A stretch of DNA of 64,000 nucleotides from Rotaria socialis (Eukaryota). The stretch is taken from assembly GCA_905331295.1 (NCBI GenBank), contig CAJNYD010000512.1, positions 1-64,000 of the forward strand. Reading direction: 5' to 3'. Positions 1-13,692 of this stretch are shown in pieces. The stretch's first letter is position 1, and each line of letters starts with the position of its first letter. Made by a program: the position numbers and the translations under genes. The notes beneath the pieces are model-generated. The model searched no databases. It saw only the letters and a list, made by a program, of their open reading frames with translations, and was not told the DNA's origin.

Positions 1-3000
1 AGTTACATCTGTTTGTAGTTGTTTTTGTTTGTCAAGTGTACGGTATGAAAATTTAATTGCAAATGTGATTCAACGTAAAATGTTTTTTAATGTTGTACCA
101 TCGTTTTTTTCATAATTATCACAGACAAGAACAAGAATCTTCAATAAAGAAACATTCTGTGTGTTGTAGCGTTTTATCCTTTACGATACTTACTGGTACT
201 TGGACTGGTAATTCTTATTCTTCGGTTTGTGTTGAATTTGAATTAATGGAATCATTAAAATAATCTATCCAAAAACTATAAACATCTTGATCATCGGAAC
301 TTGTGGGAGATTGTTCACGAAGTTTCTGTTGATCACGCATACGTGTTGCTTGATGAAGAACTTTTAAATTATTTATTGTCGATTTTAAATACCATATTAG
401 AGGATTTAATAAATACATATGTAAGGTAGTGTTAGGTCCTTTTCCAGTTTATTTCCTTCAATCCTTCTTTTTCATACAAAAACAAAAACAACCAACCAGA
501 TATGTGCAGTATCTCCCTTTCTTTCTTCCACCAGTCGGTTTCCATCTCATAACTATGATCGAGGAATAAAGATACTCGTCTTATGTATCTACTGGCATAA
601 CAGGCAGCTAAACATGCTTTTGACGAATCGCGTTGGACAGCATGAGGTTCAAAATATGTTGCCACATTCCAATAATAGGTTAAACCACGAAGGGAACGAC
701 CTCTTTTTACCAAGTAAAGCATTGATTTGAATAACTAAGAGAAAAAAATATATAGAAGCTTTTTTGTTTTTGAATGTTCATCTTTTATTTGAAACCGAAA
801 ACAATGTATGTCACAATGTAGATTAGTTATCCTCGTAAAAACAATATCTTTTTCTGAATCTCTATGTATATATTATTGTTAATAGTGTCATATTTTAAAA
901 TGTCAACATGTCGAATTTATGACCTTGTAATAAATTTTGTTGTGACATGAAGAACTTATGAATAAAAGATATTTTCACAAGTGGATGTGGGTAAGAGTGC
1001 AGAAGAGAATCATACTCATAGCCACACCCGATAAACATGTGTGCGCTTATATTTTTTATCGGTAAATTTTAGTATAGTTACTTAATTAGAAGAAAGTAGC
1101 AAGCAAAAATGGCACCTTTTTCAAAGAAAACTCCGGTAAATGTTCTTTTGCTTTTCCAATAAAATCTCCTAGTCTTCTATCTGATTTAAAAATTACTCAT
1201 TGTAAACTTTTAGTATTTCTTTTAGCGATCTTCTCGTTTCGAAAATATTGCTTGTGCTGCAATTGAACTTCTACACATCCTCTTATAGTTATTCTTCACC
1301 GATCAAAAGAGATCTGATGTTAATTTATTGCATTAATGATTTTATAAGATTATTTGACCTTATCTACTCTACATTTGAATCATTTACTTCTTTTTTTCGT
1401 CCCATTTTTCTAAATATATTGTATCCCTTGTTGACATAAAATTCAGCGATGTCATGAGATAATTTGCTATTTCGAAGAATACATGTTGACATTAATTTCG
1501 CATCGTTCAATATTCGAGCAAAAATATTTCAAATAGAGTTAGATTAGTAGACAAATATTGCGGATATTTATTTTATGATAGAATTTTTTATTAGATTTTA
1601 CATAGTCAGTACAGATCTATACTTTCTGTTGAACGATAAATGACAACAATTATTGACAAATATAAATTGTAGGTAATTTTCGGACACATAAGAACATGAA
1701 TAATATATACATATATTAAATATTATTTTAATGATAATTGCTAAAGTTTCGTAATCTTCCGTTCCGTTAAATCAGTTGATGAACAATAAGTAGATTTGTA
1801 TTTGCTAAATACATTGACATTTAGATCATGTATTTTTTTTTATAATTCGACGAGATTGCTCCTATAGTTTGAAGAACAAAAACAAGGCACATGCTAGTAT
1901 TGATTCAAATTATCTTTAACAATTTAGTCAGCAAATACTCAAACGAAAAACGTTCATTCTAAATCCATCAACAATGAAGCTATTTAACTATGAATACATC
2001 GATTGTCTTTTGTATTAAAATTTGTTTATCTATACAATAATCTGCAATCCGATGTTATATTCAACAAGTTGTGCAGACTTCATATGTGCTGCCCATCTTA
2101 ACTAAACATCGCTTTTCATCTTATATTTCTATGTTCAACTCAATGAGCATTAAATATCCACGGTTCTTTTTTTGTCATCGGTACTCTCATCATACACATT
2201 TATTAAATGTTAGATAAAATATATCAGACATGAAATCAATTCATGTTTTTTTCGAACTGAACCATACTGTTGTCATCCTTAACACAACAATGAACGAATA
2301 CATTAAATAATATATTCTACAATTCTTTTGGCCGAGTAACTAAGACCAATTGTATGTTCTCCGAGACGATTATCTTGTTTCAGCTAAACAGGTAATGTAT
2401 TCATATCTTTTCAATCCTCTTAAAAAATACCTCATGAGCATATTTCAGATCGAATAGACAATGAACTTCTTACGAAAATATCGTATCTTTCAATAAATGA
2501 CATTGCATTTTGTTTGGGATGGAATACTGTAGCATGTTAGAATAACTGTTCTAGTGAAATGTTTTACTTACACATAAATTTGACCATACAGCATTGAGAA
2601 AGGCTATGAATCTGGTTGTAGTTTTAGTAATAGATTTCATGAAAAACGTGGCTACTATAAAAAATATGAATATGTTACCAGAGACAAACACGAAAGAGAG
2701 CACTAAGCAACCAAACCGATCTAAGTACGATGAGTTCACAGGCATCATCTATAAAGAAATATATTTCTTGTTAATTTCGTATAGTTAAGATTTTTAGTTT
2801 GACAAAAACGTCATGTAATGCTATTCTTGATGATCATTCTCAGACGAGATCAACCTACCAGTAATTCATTAGAATCCTTGACCCTGATCAATAGCTCAAA
2901 CTCATTGAATTAGTAAGGATAGCTGAAGCAATTATTGTGTTTGATATTGATTTTACTTGGTCTTTGGTGACTTTTAAAATATGTAAGAATGAAACTATGC

Positions 3001-3300
3001 TATTGGATTTTCAAAACCAGAAGACACCTAGTTAAATGCTATAACACTTCGTTCATTTATTAATTTCATGATTTGAAACCTTTTTATCACTGAAGCAGTT
3101 CAATTTTATGAATTAAGATAGAACTTTTTTCTTAAAAATCAAACACTTAAAACGAACTAAATTATAAATAAACATGGTACCGCTAGCTACGACTTCGCCC
3201 AGTCCAATCTGTACATAAGGTTGCTCGATCGGTTTAAGTTCAGTTATGAAAACTTGTAGTAGCGCAAATCCTGATCATAGAAAGGAAAGAAATAACGAAT
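1..3300 (-). pseudogene. Degraded ASK-family (MAP3K5/MAP3K15-like) gene: TRAF-binding/TPR region, running off the left edge
   Basis: Removing the insert at 430-602 restores LVKRGRSLRGLTYYWNVATYFE..DSSKACLAALHMYLLNPLIWYLKSTINNL...YSFWIDYF, matching the ASK pattern (GxKGSLxxLxxYWDVATFFE...LxPPxWYLKSTIxN...FWMDF). After a premature TAA at 215-217 it continues ELPVQVPV, a GTAAGT donor, then LVCDNYE..ESHLQLNF. Upstream sequence has many stops; the 5' boundary is approximate. Confidence 0.72.
430..602 (+). mobile_element. Short solo LTR (173 bp) inserted in the ASK-like exon
   Basis: Termini TGTTAG...ATAACA; flanking 5-bp near-duplication GGTAG (425-429)/GGCAG (603-607); internal AATAAA at about 565; excision restores the host reading frame. 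Confidence 0.75.
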
Positions 3301-3317
3301 ATTTGAGCAACACTTAC

Positions 3318-3897
3318 TAGGGGTATGACAGTTCAGTTCTAGTTCCGTTCAAAAGAACTGTTCAGACAGTTCACATGATCTGATCTGAACTGTTCGAACA
3401 GATCAGATCAGATCTAAAGATCTGTTTGAACAGTTCACAGGATCTGAACTGATCTGCTCGAACAGTTCAGATCCTGAGAACTGTTCAAACAGTTCTTTAG
3501 ATCTGATCTGAACTGTTCAAGCAGATCAGATCAGATCAAAAGAACTGTTCGGGCAGATCAGATCAGATCTAATAACTGTTAAGATCTACACTGGGATGAT
3601 GTCTATATCGATATAGGCGTCTCTTTTGGGATCTGATATGAACTGTTCGAACAGATCAGATCAGATCTAAAGATCTGTTCAAACAGTTCTCATGATCTGA
3701 TCTGATATACTCGAACAGTTCAGATCAGATCTAAAGAACTGTCCGATCAGTTCTCAGGATCTGAACTGATCTGCTCGAACAGTTCAGATCAGATCAAAAG
3801 ACCTGGTCGAACAGATCTTTAGATCTGATCTGATCTGTTCGAACAGTTCTTTCGCTCATTTGATCTGAACTTAGATCTGAGAACTGTCATACCCCTA
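3318..3897. mobile_element. Non-autonomous hAT-like element (MITE) with pentamer-repeat interior
   Basis: TIR TAGGGGTATGACAGTTC / GAACTGTCATACCCCTA; perfect 8-bp TSD ACACTTAC (3310-3317, 3898-3905); interior built of GATCT/GAACT/GTTCA units. Confidence 0.93.
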
Positions 3898-6800
3898 ACA
3901 CTTACTCACTATTGAATGGTTCTATACGGAAGCCAAATTGTCACACAGACGTAATGCATAATCGTAACAGCCACCATAAGCCATTCTTTTACGGTCTTCG
4001 AACAAATTAAAAAAGGTTAGAACTATCATTTTGATTGTCATAGTGATTAGTTCACATTACTCAATATAAGAATTAGAGCTCATATTCCTGTAAAACATAA
4101 AAAAGTCTATTCGATTCGAGTTTCCAACTTTGAACAGTATAAGCATGAGAAGGCAAAGAATGACAATAGTGTAACCGAGAAGAAAAGAGAGAAGAGTGGA
4201 GATAAGTGGATGCGAAGGATGTAAAAGAGAAAGAGAGTAGACTCAGTATGAAAGAGAATAAAGGTGGTTGACAGTTATAAAGTGTAATAGTGGAAGCTGT
4301 AAAGTTCAATTTGGCTTCAATACTACTTGTCTACATATACAACTATCCAAATTCTATCAGTGTTTGACTGTAAAAAGTAAAAGTCAAAATGCCACAATTG
4401 ATACAGAACTTAAAATGTCTCATCAAAAATAAAACTAAACGGTGATCAACAATTTACTTACAAAACCGCAATCATAATAATAGACTTGTACCGGTTGATT
4501 TGATGACAAAACAATTGCTGCATTTGGTTTATCAATTTTGTTTGCGGAAGATGGCATTATGAGTGATCAAATTGAAGAAGATTTTTAAACGAGTGATTTC
4601 TGCTAACGAATGAAACAGAAACAGAAAAAGAATACAACATAATACTCGAACAAAAAATTATCGTTTGGTACTGAACCTTTGTTTCTTTAAATAATATGAA
4701 CTCAAACGAATAAATTGATAGAAAAACGTAATTTTAGAAAGATATTTGCTCAATTGAACATTTCTCACTTATGCTAACATTATCACTACGCAGTTCAAAT
4801 CTATGTATCAATAAAGTTCTATAGCTGATGTATAAAAGACGATTATGAATGGCATCAAAAATGTGCATGAACATTTTGCAAATGAATAACAATGATTGAT
4901 TATTGATCACAACGAAAGATTCGCAACCCTCCAAGCCCTTCTTTTATCGAAACACATAACAAAACCTAATTCATCACGCTGCTGTTTTCAAATATTGGTA
5001 TATTAATAACTTTTAGTTCGTGTTCAATATTTACATTGTAGTTCTCAACATTGAGAACGTGGTTGATTGTTTTGTTTTAACATCTACACTACATACCACC
5101 AAAAAAGTTTATAGGGTAAAAAAAGGTCAAAGACGCGATAATCGTTGTATAGTAGACTATAGGATACAATACAATCTTACTCCTCAGAACTTTGCTGCCG
5201 TTACATAAAACAAATCAAATATCCTTCAGAATTTGAAAAGTTAAGACTGACTAAAGACATCATTACTGATTGAGTTTCAGTATGTGCGAATTGAGATGGA
5301 ACTTTCATTTTTTTTTCTTTTGAAAGAAAGTAGTGGGCAAAATGTTTCTTTTCGAAAAGAACATGAAACATCAACAATATGTAATTTCGACGAAGAAAAC
5401 TGGAAGTATTGAACTCACATCTGTTTAGTGAAAAAAATATTAAAAAAGGCGTTCTTTTCAATGAAAATGTGTCAGATGTTGAATATTTTATTTCGAGTCT
5501 ATGGGGTATTCCATTTCAAACGGAATTCAAAAAAGAAAAAAAATTCTCCCCTTTCCGCAACACAGAGGGTCTATGGGACCCGAGAGCAGCTACCAACGAT
5601 TCGGGCACACGACAACGAATGCAATTTCTTCACCACAATTTCACAATAATCTATTCAGCTACAGTACCTCTCATGCAAAACCCACAGCTAAAACAGCCAG
5701 CCGAACTCTTGATACTCCGAAAACAAGAAGAATTCAGTTCAATTCTCAATTCATATATGTATAAGTCCCCCAAAGGGTATGTTTTTTTGAGAGTGGGGGC
5801 TTAATCTAGATTACATGTGTCTATGGATTTCTAGAAAACTGCTTTTACCATATTTTCTTAGGAACGCGACTGAATGGGAATAATGGAGCTAGTGTCCGTG
5901 TTCAATTTAATGAAACGAGTACGGTAGATTAAGATCTGGATGTGATTGATTCCTTTCGACGTGAGATTTCAACGGAAGGATGTTCGTCAGAAGTTAGTAA
6001 AATCCCGTCGCAATGAGCATGGGAAGCTATGTGAATGGGCTGCAGATTCTGACAATTTTAGATTGAATTGTGCTTGCGTTTATTTAGGGCTAACAATCGA
6101 ACGCTAACATCTGATATGATGCTACATATGATCTAGTATTATAGTGGTATGATGCAGATAAAATCACACAAAAGTCGTGGTCTCTGAGCTTTTGTGCCGA
6201 GTCCGACGGTCAGACTACTGAAAATCCTACTGTCCCGTAGGATATGACTGGAAGAGTGTAGGGAATCATATGGAATATTGAGATGTTTCGATGAATCTCA
6301 GTCTAACAATTAATCTGAGATTGCTGTGACGATGATGTTTTGTGTGATGACATCTAGTGCTAAAAGATCCTACGACTGATTTTCGGAACTGCGGCGTAGG
6401 TATAACGCTTTATTTAGTATTTTATATCATAGAATGCCCTGCCTGTGTCCGAAAGACAAATTTGTATTTACAGCGAGACTGGCTGAGGAGGAAAGAAAAA
6501 TATGAAGAACTAGCAAAGGAGAGGAAATCGTTGCGGGCATAGAATGGACTCATTGATTACGAATGTCGATCAGCCATTACGAGTATTGTTACCGAATCTC
6601 CAATACCAGTAATAGTTCGGTACATGTCTGACTCATGAATCAGAAGGTCTTTTCTAGCTTTCTTGTTTTCGAGCCTAAAAATTAAGCAACAACAAAACTT
6701 TATTACATTTAAGAAATCTCAGTAAACATACGTTTTTTGATGTTAACACGGAGCGATGGTGCATTAAAAATCTGCTCTGGGAAATTTTCCCACAAATGAA

Positions 6801-8187
6801 GATAATGCAGCTGGTACCGATACATATTTCAGAAGAAGTTTATCCAAATAAGGTTAAAGAATAGTCGATGTACAACTTGACTTAGCTATCTTAGTTCATC
6901 ATATCCTGCTTTTTGTAGCAAAGAAAAAGTCTATTTTGAGAAAAGAAATAACCAAAAGAAGTATTACTCTTTTCGGTACACACAATTGTACATTAGCTTG
7001 GCGATTATCTAGCCGTAAAAGTTAGCATGCACATTTAGAACATCCATAGCAACAAAAAGATGATGAGAAAAACGTTCATATATGAAATAAGAATCAACGG
7101 GTACGAAAATTTCGAACCTAGTGCTAGCCGCAGAATAAATATAAGTATAAAAATATACAAAGAAATGACAACGATAAGGAAGGAGTACGTAGAAAATGTT
7201 ATAGCACTACGATGACCGACGAAATTAGTGTTGCTGCCTTAAGAGGGGCGATCCCTATTGAAAAAGGTATAGTACTAAAAGATAGGTAGACAATCTATTA
7301 CGAAAATGGTAATGAGATGCCACGGTTGTATCATAACGCATCCCCTTTGTATGTAATTAATGATTGAGACTAAGAAACAACAAGCAATCACATTCGCCAA
7401 ACAACTCCACAGTGGACTTCCAATATAACTCGGATGAATCAGAGACAAAGTCACTAAATCCAATGGTTGGGTTCGGTTCGGGGTTATGCACAAACTCGAC
7501 ATATTACGGAAACCTTTGACAAGTTTTATAACTCAAATCATATTCATTTCTGTGTACTGGGTAGAGGCAACTAAACACCTATATTTAGGAGTATTAGTAT
7601 TAGCACTTCAGAAATAAGCAGGGCCAATGTTCTGCAAGTCAAAGTGTGCAGAGAAGTGTATTCTTGCTGCGCGGCATTCACATCTGAGAACTTAGAGTGT
7701 ACCTTTAGACAAGCGTGTTAGTCTTTCACAGCACCCACAACATAGGTTGTAGCATGTGTGTGTAGACAAGGATGTTCCCGGCGCAGTGCCCACGCGTGGA
7801 GGTGCGTATTATGTTGTTGAAGAAGGAGACACGTGGTTTCTTACTCTTTCTTTCAGGAGTACTTATACATTGTTGCACCGATTTTCGGATTCTATTTGAT
7901 ACGAGTGATTAGTTTTCATCGAGATTCGGTGATCAGGATCTTAGCGTTGCGACAGGATGACTAGTGATAGAGAAAAATTCATGTCTCCATCGACAGGGAA
8001 CTAGGGGTGACACTTAACGTTAATTTAATATTAAGTGCTAACGCAATAGTTCATTTTTAATATTAAGTGTTAACGAAACCCTTAATTGTTAGTATTAAGT
8101 ATTAAGTTTTTCGCGTTAACACTTAATTCACTTAAAATTTAGTGTTAAATATGAATAATATTTCGTTTTATTTTGAGTATGTAGCTA

Positions 8188-8477
8188 CCCCGGTCGAACA
8201 GTACGGTCCGTATATGGCCGTTTACGGTTACTTTACGACTATTTTCCGGGTAAAAGTTTGCCGTAATATCTGGCGCAGTAATGCGAACCGTATGATTATG
8301 AGAGTACGGAGCACAAACAGCCGTAAACCATGAAAATTCAGCCCCGTTTACGGTGCCGTATTACTGTGCCAGGTATTACGGGCAAATACGTCCTATTTAC
8401 TGCCGTAAATATACCGTTTTGACATCGTTTATCGTCGATAAACAGACCGCAAATGAGTCCGTTTTGATCAACCTGGG
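8188..8477. mobile_element. MITE with CCC...GGG termini and TA TSD
   Basis: TA-CCCCGGTCGAACAGTACGG ... CCGTTTTGATCAACCTGGG-TA; interior rich in CCGT/ACGG. Confidence 0.85.
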
Positions 8478-9860
8478 TAGTATGCGCATAAAAACTATTA
8501 ATAGAATATTATTAGTATAAAAATGGTAAAATCCTTATCCGCTATGAAAAGTTGTTTTTTTTCGACAAGAAGTATTATTTCTTAGATTTGAACGGATACT
8601 ATTTCGTGTGAGAGTAAATAAACTTGCTATTAGTGCGTTGAGATTTCGATGATACGCAGGTATATATATATATATAAAGTATTGAATGTGCAGAATAATC
8701 CTATGTATCGCTGTAGTATTCTCGTATCTTCGCGATCTTGTACAGATGACATATCAGCTTAACGGTTATTTGTATGTATATTATTTACTAAGCCGTTTGT
8801 TTCTTTATTGCGTTATTATTATCTGCATATTTATTTTATAGCAAGCAGATTAAGTGAATCCAGCGATATTGTTTTGCAGCTGATAATATTTTTTATGCTT
8901 TTGAGCGACTTTTATTAGCCAATGCACATTATGCTAGATTCGATGCTGGGCTTGATGAAGAAAGTCGATTCTTTATTGTATATAGTTGTATAGGATTCGT
9001 AAGTGCACTATTAAAAACAAGTTTCTTTTTGAATATTGAAATGTATATGATGATTTCTGTCATAATAATTTAGAACAAATTTCGTCCTCTGCTTTTTTAT
9101 CTTTTCGGAATTTAATAACAGACTCGTGAGGATAGATCTTTAAGAAAAAGCCTGTTAGCGTAGCCTCTTTAGGGCTAAAATGTGGAACTCACATATACCC
9201 CTTCGACTTACTAAAATAATTCAAAATACTTCATCTGAAAAATCTACCCTGATTTCCAAAACACCTATAATTATGTCATTGCCTATTTGCTTATGTCTGT
9301 AATGGAGTATTAATTGTTAGCTCTTATATTTAGCAATGGCGTAGACTAGTTATTATGGTCTGTAATGGGCAAGCATTGTTTTTTTCATGTAGTCTGTAAT
9401 TAAAAAAGGAAGAAATAACAGCCTAATTAGCACAGTTTTAAACTCGTTAATGTCTGTAATGGGGAGGTGGAGGGTCGTAATTATTTTAACTAACAATTAC
9501 ATGCATTGAGTAAAAACAAAATCGCGTGTTTGTATACATGGGATCGATTTTTACACTGATTTTTATTATTATTAGTTTTCTCTCCATAAGAGGTATAATT
9601 TCGTCCGTTTTTAGTGAATTACTCTGACGTCAAAGTAAAATTGTTGGTTAATTTTACGCTGTTGATATGATCAAGCCAGGTAGTTGTACACAAACTACTT
9701 TCTTTTTTAAAATAAACCGTTTTTCATTTTTCTTTCGCCATTATTTTTCCTATTCGTTAGTCTATTCGCTTTTTCATTCCATTCGCGCTTTTCGCTAGTC
9801 TTTTATGGTGTCTTCGCTTTGTTTAGTGTAAAAAGTAATGTACGACATTCGGGTTGTTTC

Positions 9861-10005
9861 CAAGGGGGGAAAGCGCGACTTCCGTACTTCACGTACTTCT
9901 GTTGTACTCCCATGTACTTCCATCGTACTTCACTTGAACTCCCCTTGTACTCCTATGTACTTTCTTCGTACTTCGAAGTACAGAATTCACGCTTTTCCTC
10001 CTTTG
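9861..10005. mobile_element. hAT-like MITE (145 bp)
   Basis: Imperfect ~30-bp TIR CAAGGGGGGAAAGCGCGACTTCCGTACTTC / GAAGTACAGAATTCACGCTTTTCCTCCTTTG; perfect 8-bp TSD GTTGTTTC (9853-9860, 10006-10013); internal GTACT repeats. Confidence 0.87.
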
Positions 10006-10546
10006 GTTGTTTCATCGTTGACTATATTACGTGATAAACATCATTCTGAATTAGCGAAGTAGACATTATAGTTCTAGTGTAGTTGATATGATACAATATC
10101 ATTTTATTATGCTGTATCATATTATTTCTTTCTGTTACAAACACTTTTTGTGACATCTAGCCATACTCAGAAAGGCAAGCAGTATTTTCGGTAGATTTTA
10201 ACTCGAATATGCGTATAGAATGTCAGTAAAAGATATTACTCGTTTAATTTACAGCATTAGAGATCAAACTAATTCGTTTAGATGAATTTGCCGCATGTTG
10301 TATATAATACAAAATTTTACTCGACAATTCACAAGTTAAACAAAAGTTGAGCAAATAGTTTATTCTTATTCAATTTATAGTTAATGATTTAACGAATTCA
10401 TGTCTCATTATGACAGTGACGAAAATCTATGTTGTGTTTGACATCAGAATAGAACAATCAAAGTGTTCTACTGTGAGCCGATTTCTGACTATTGAATTTA
10501 CATTATAAGTCTTGAGTATTTTTTTTAGAATGACTTACATAGTCAA

Positions 10547-10626
10547 CTCTCCGTAGAAGAATCTCCAGGGAGTCCCTAGGGATCTCGTTATTTTTCGGGG
10601 ACTCCCCGGGGAGTCGTCGGGGAGAA
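10547..10626. repeat. GC-rich imperfect hairpin, probable MITE remnant
   Basis: Arms CTCCAGGGAGTCCC and GGGACTCCCCGGGGAG in AT-rich flanks. Confidence 0.5.
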
Positions 10627-13012
10627 TGGATTAGGGTGAAAAAGGCACTTAATTATTATTCTTTTGCACAGGATCAAATCAACGCGAGACAACGTGAGTT
10701 AAAAATTATAGACAATTATCATATTGCCGTTAGTCATCATTAAAACATGGCTAAACAATTTTTCAATAATTTTAGAAAAAACAATTGACATGTGCACATC
10801 ATTTTAAGTAAAATCTCTCTTTTAGAATGTATGCCAAAGTTATAAGGTCACTCGTTTTCTTAAGTTTTGTTAATCGTAATCTCTCAAATTCGTGTAGAAA
10901 AAATACTACCCTGATACTATTTTGATGCATGACTTTTTGCAGCCTTGTGACTAACGTAAAAGAATTTCTATTATATATCAGATGTTCTGTAAACTTAAAT
11001 AAAGCTAAGCGATATAATGTAAAACATAGGACTAAGTCGCCAGTTGTAAAAATTCATCGAGAATTACCATAATTTAATACAATGCGAAAGGAATTTCTCT
11101 AAACATGAATCAAGTGAAGAAAAATTTAATTCAATAGAACGAAAGTAACTGTTACAAAACTATATTTTCTTCGTTTTAATCATGTAAATCGTTCGATTTT
11201 ACTGATATTATTTATTCATTCAATCGAATACATCAATCGGCCTCATTTAGAAAAAGAAAGCGTATTTTTCCTACAATGGAAACAAGGCTGTTACATCGAT
11301 TAGACAACTTTTGAACATTAGGCTTAAAGAGTTAATATCAAAGCTGACATTTCTAACTGGTAAATTCATACAAATTGCATCAGTTTCTCTGTAAGACAAG
11401 ATATTCAAATAAAAAATGTTGCGAAGAATGATTCAAATCAACAGCACTTTAACTCATCTGAATCACTACATATTCGTCATTGTCATACAGATGAGCCAGG
11501 GAAGGATTCACACATACCATTTCTATATGATGAATGCCAATAAAAGTGAGTTAGGATTGTTGTCAATATTGTTGTTTCAGACATGCTTTTCTCTTGACTC
11601 ACACATCACATTCTCCAAAGCTTTTATTCTGTGCTCGCATTAGTCAATTTTTACTCGAAGACTATCTTTTATAAACAGATTAGGTATGTAAAATTTGTGC
11701 TATGTTGATTTTACCGACTCACTAGGGTGCCAAATATCTACTTATAACCCTTACTAGCAGTTTAATGTTCTCATCGGCATCTGAAAACTTCAGTGTAAAT
11801 TTATAGAACTCAGTCATTTTCATAAAATGGTCGTTTTCTGATGATGAAGTCAGTTGAAAAATTATGAGAAACCAATTACAAATTCAGATTCCTTGATCTC
11901 CAAAACTTGCTATTCGAACTTCTAAGAAATAGATATTTTCATAAAACAGCGTTTCTGTAAAATACAATCAAAAGAAATTCATGTTTTCTGCAGATGAAAC
12001 ATTTTATCACTTAATTTTAAGTGAATTAAGTGTTAACGCGAAAAGCTTAATACTTAATATTAACAATTAAAGTGTTACGTTAGCAATTAATATTAAAAAT
12101 TAAGTATTGCGTTAACACTTAATATTAAGTAATTAAGTGGTTAGTGCAAGTATTTTTTATTAATATTAAGTGTTAAGTAAAATCACTTAATTAAATCTCT
12201 TAATTAACTCCAATTAACATTAACGGTCCACCCCTACCCACACCCATTCCATCTAAAACTAAATCTATTTCTATCACTTATTTTCGAATTGATACCATGC
12301 AGTTGAGCGTCCATTTATATTCGAATTCGAACTAGGCATCTCATGAAATAGAAAACTTGCTTGGCAGTATCACCAAGAAAACGGCATTTAATTACTACTT
12401 ACTAATACTTTATGACAATAGTGAATTTAAGTGCATCCGATCTGTTACAGCTCAAGATAAGCCCCCAAAAATTTTCAATCAGCTTGATAACAGAGTGCAG
12501 CAAAAGATCCATTCAGGAGAGCTATAATCGAAATACTCCATTTTAGTGAAGTTACAACTCAAATTGGTGTATGAACTGGATATTTAATATGAATCTGCAC
12601 GAGTAGATCATAGATTAAATCAAACTGACTTATTTTAACTCGATTTCTGTTACATTTATCCTCATTTTTGCTCAACGTCATGTGGGTTCATTTTGCTTCG
12701 GTGCGTTTTCCACCTAGAATGCATATATTCATTCCCGGGTGCATATTCACAGACGGATAAATCTAACATTTACATCTTTTGAATCAAATCCACTCGCAAT
12801 CAAGAAAAACTAAACTTATTCAGATAATTACGACAAATATAAATTTCAAATATTTTACGCGACTTGAGCAATTATTCCACGACCTGCCTTCGGAAGAACT
12901 TCAAGATATCTCGTAGTTACGAAAATTGTTTCAAATTTTCTGATGGAGACAACATGTAACTATTCAATAATTCTGCAAAGCCTGTAGTCTTATAATCACA
13001 ACAGATTTTTAA

Positions 13013-13620
13013 CTGAGCGACGAGTCGTTCATCGGCGCCCCTCTGGGACGCCACTCACGACCAGCCACCTCCACTAGTTTCGTTGTATATATGCGATGAA
13101 CGTGATCCTTTTAAACACTGCATGATTGATTGAAAGCGTCGCTTCATTATATAATTATTAGATGAAAACAAAGAGAATTTTCAGGAAGCCCGAAAACAAC
13201 TGTTATGGGACTAATTTGATGCAGTTTCATCTACATATGAAAAAAATTACTCACAATTTTGAGAAAAATAAGGCAAGATTCCTGAGTACTTGGACAGTTT
13301 GCGTACGTTCGTAGATGTGATAATCTAGAATTCTAGGTATTAAGTTTGAATAAACTCTTCGTGCTACAATAAAAGTTGACATATCAAGTATAAACTGAAG
13401 ACTTCGAAAAAAGCCTTCAACGACTTAGTGCTTATACACAAAATACAGACATGTAGCTATGTTCAACTGTTTGTTGAAAAGGACCTTAGTGCAACATTCT
13501 CCAAAACCATGTTTGTTTAAATAATAACATTTTCGTACGCAATGAAACAAGGATATATCCAGGTGAGCAGCTAGTCGCTCGTCCCCACCTCTCTGGGGCG
13601 CCAATCACGAATAGCCGTTG
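13013..13620 (+). repeat. Two diverged copies of a ~55 bp GC-rich structured motif (about 13013-13070 and 13563-13620)
   Basis: TGAGCGACGAGTCGTTCATCGGCGCCCCTCTGGGACGCCACTCACGACCAGCC versus TGAGCAGCTAGTCGCTCGTCCCCACCTCTCTGGGGCGCCAATCACGAATAGCC. Confidence 0.7.
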
Positions 13621-13692
13621 CCAAATTAAGAATTAACTCAGCCGCAAGATGCCTATAGCCGATTCGTAATAAAATCCAATATAAGCATACGA

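Larger units (their letters stand above)
8002..12236. mobile_element. Old ~4.2 kb TIR element (hAT-like termini) carrying nested MITEs
   Basis: Ends TAGGGGTG / CACCCCTA; about 130 bp inverted similarity between 8020-8150 and 12005-12130 with repeated TATTAAGTGTTAAC motifs. No matching TSD and no intact transposase ORF. Confidence 0.65.

Noticed and set aside
3318..3897. CRISPR-like or satellite array
   Set aside because: No constant repeat with unique spacers; it is bounded by TIRs and an 8-bp TSD, so it is a MITE.
5409..5804. 131-aa ORF and overlapping short ORFs
   Set aside because: No recognisable motifs; the region has weak inverted-end similarity (about 4934 vs 5800) suggesting a TE relic, too degenerate to call.
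5830..7990. Possible degraded retroelement (Athena/Penelope or LTR interior)
   Set aside because: Less AT-rich and coding-like, but I could not find RT, integrase or hammerhead motifs by eye.
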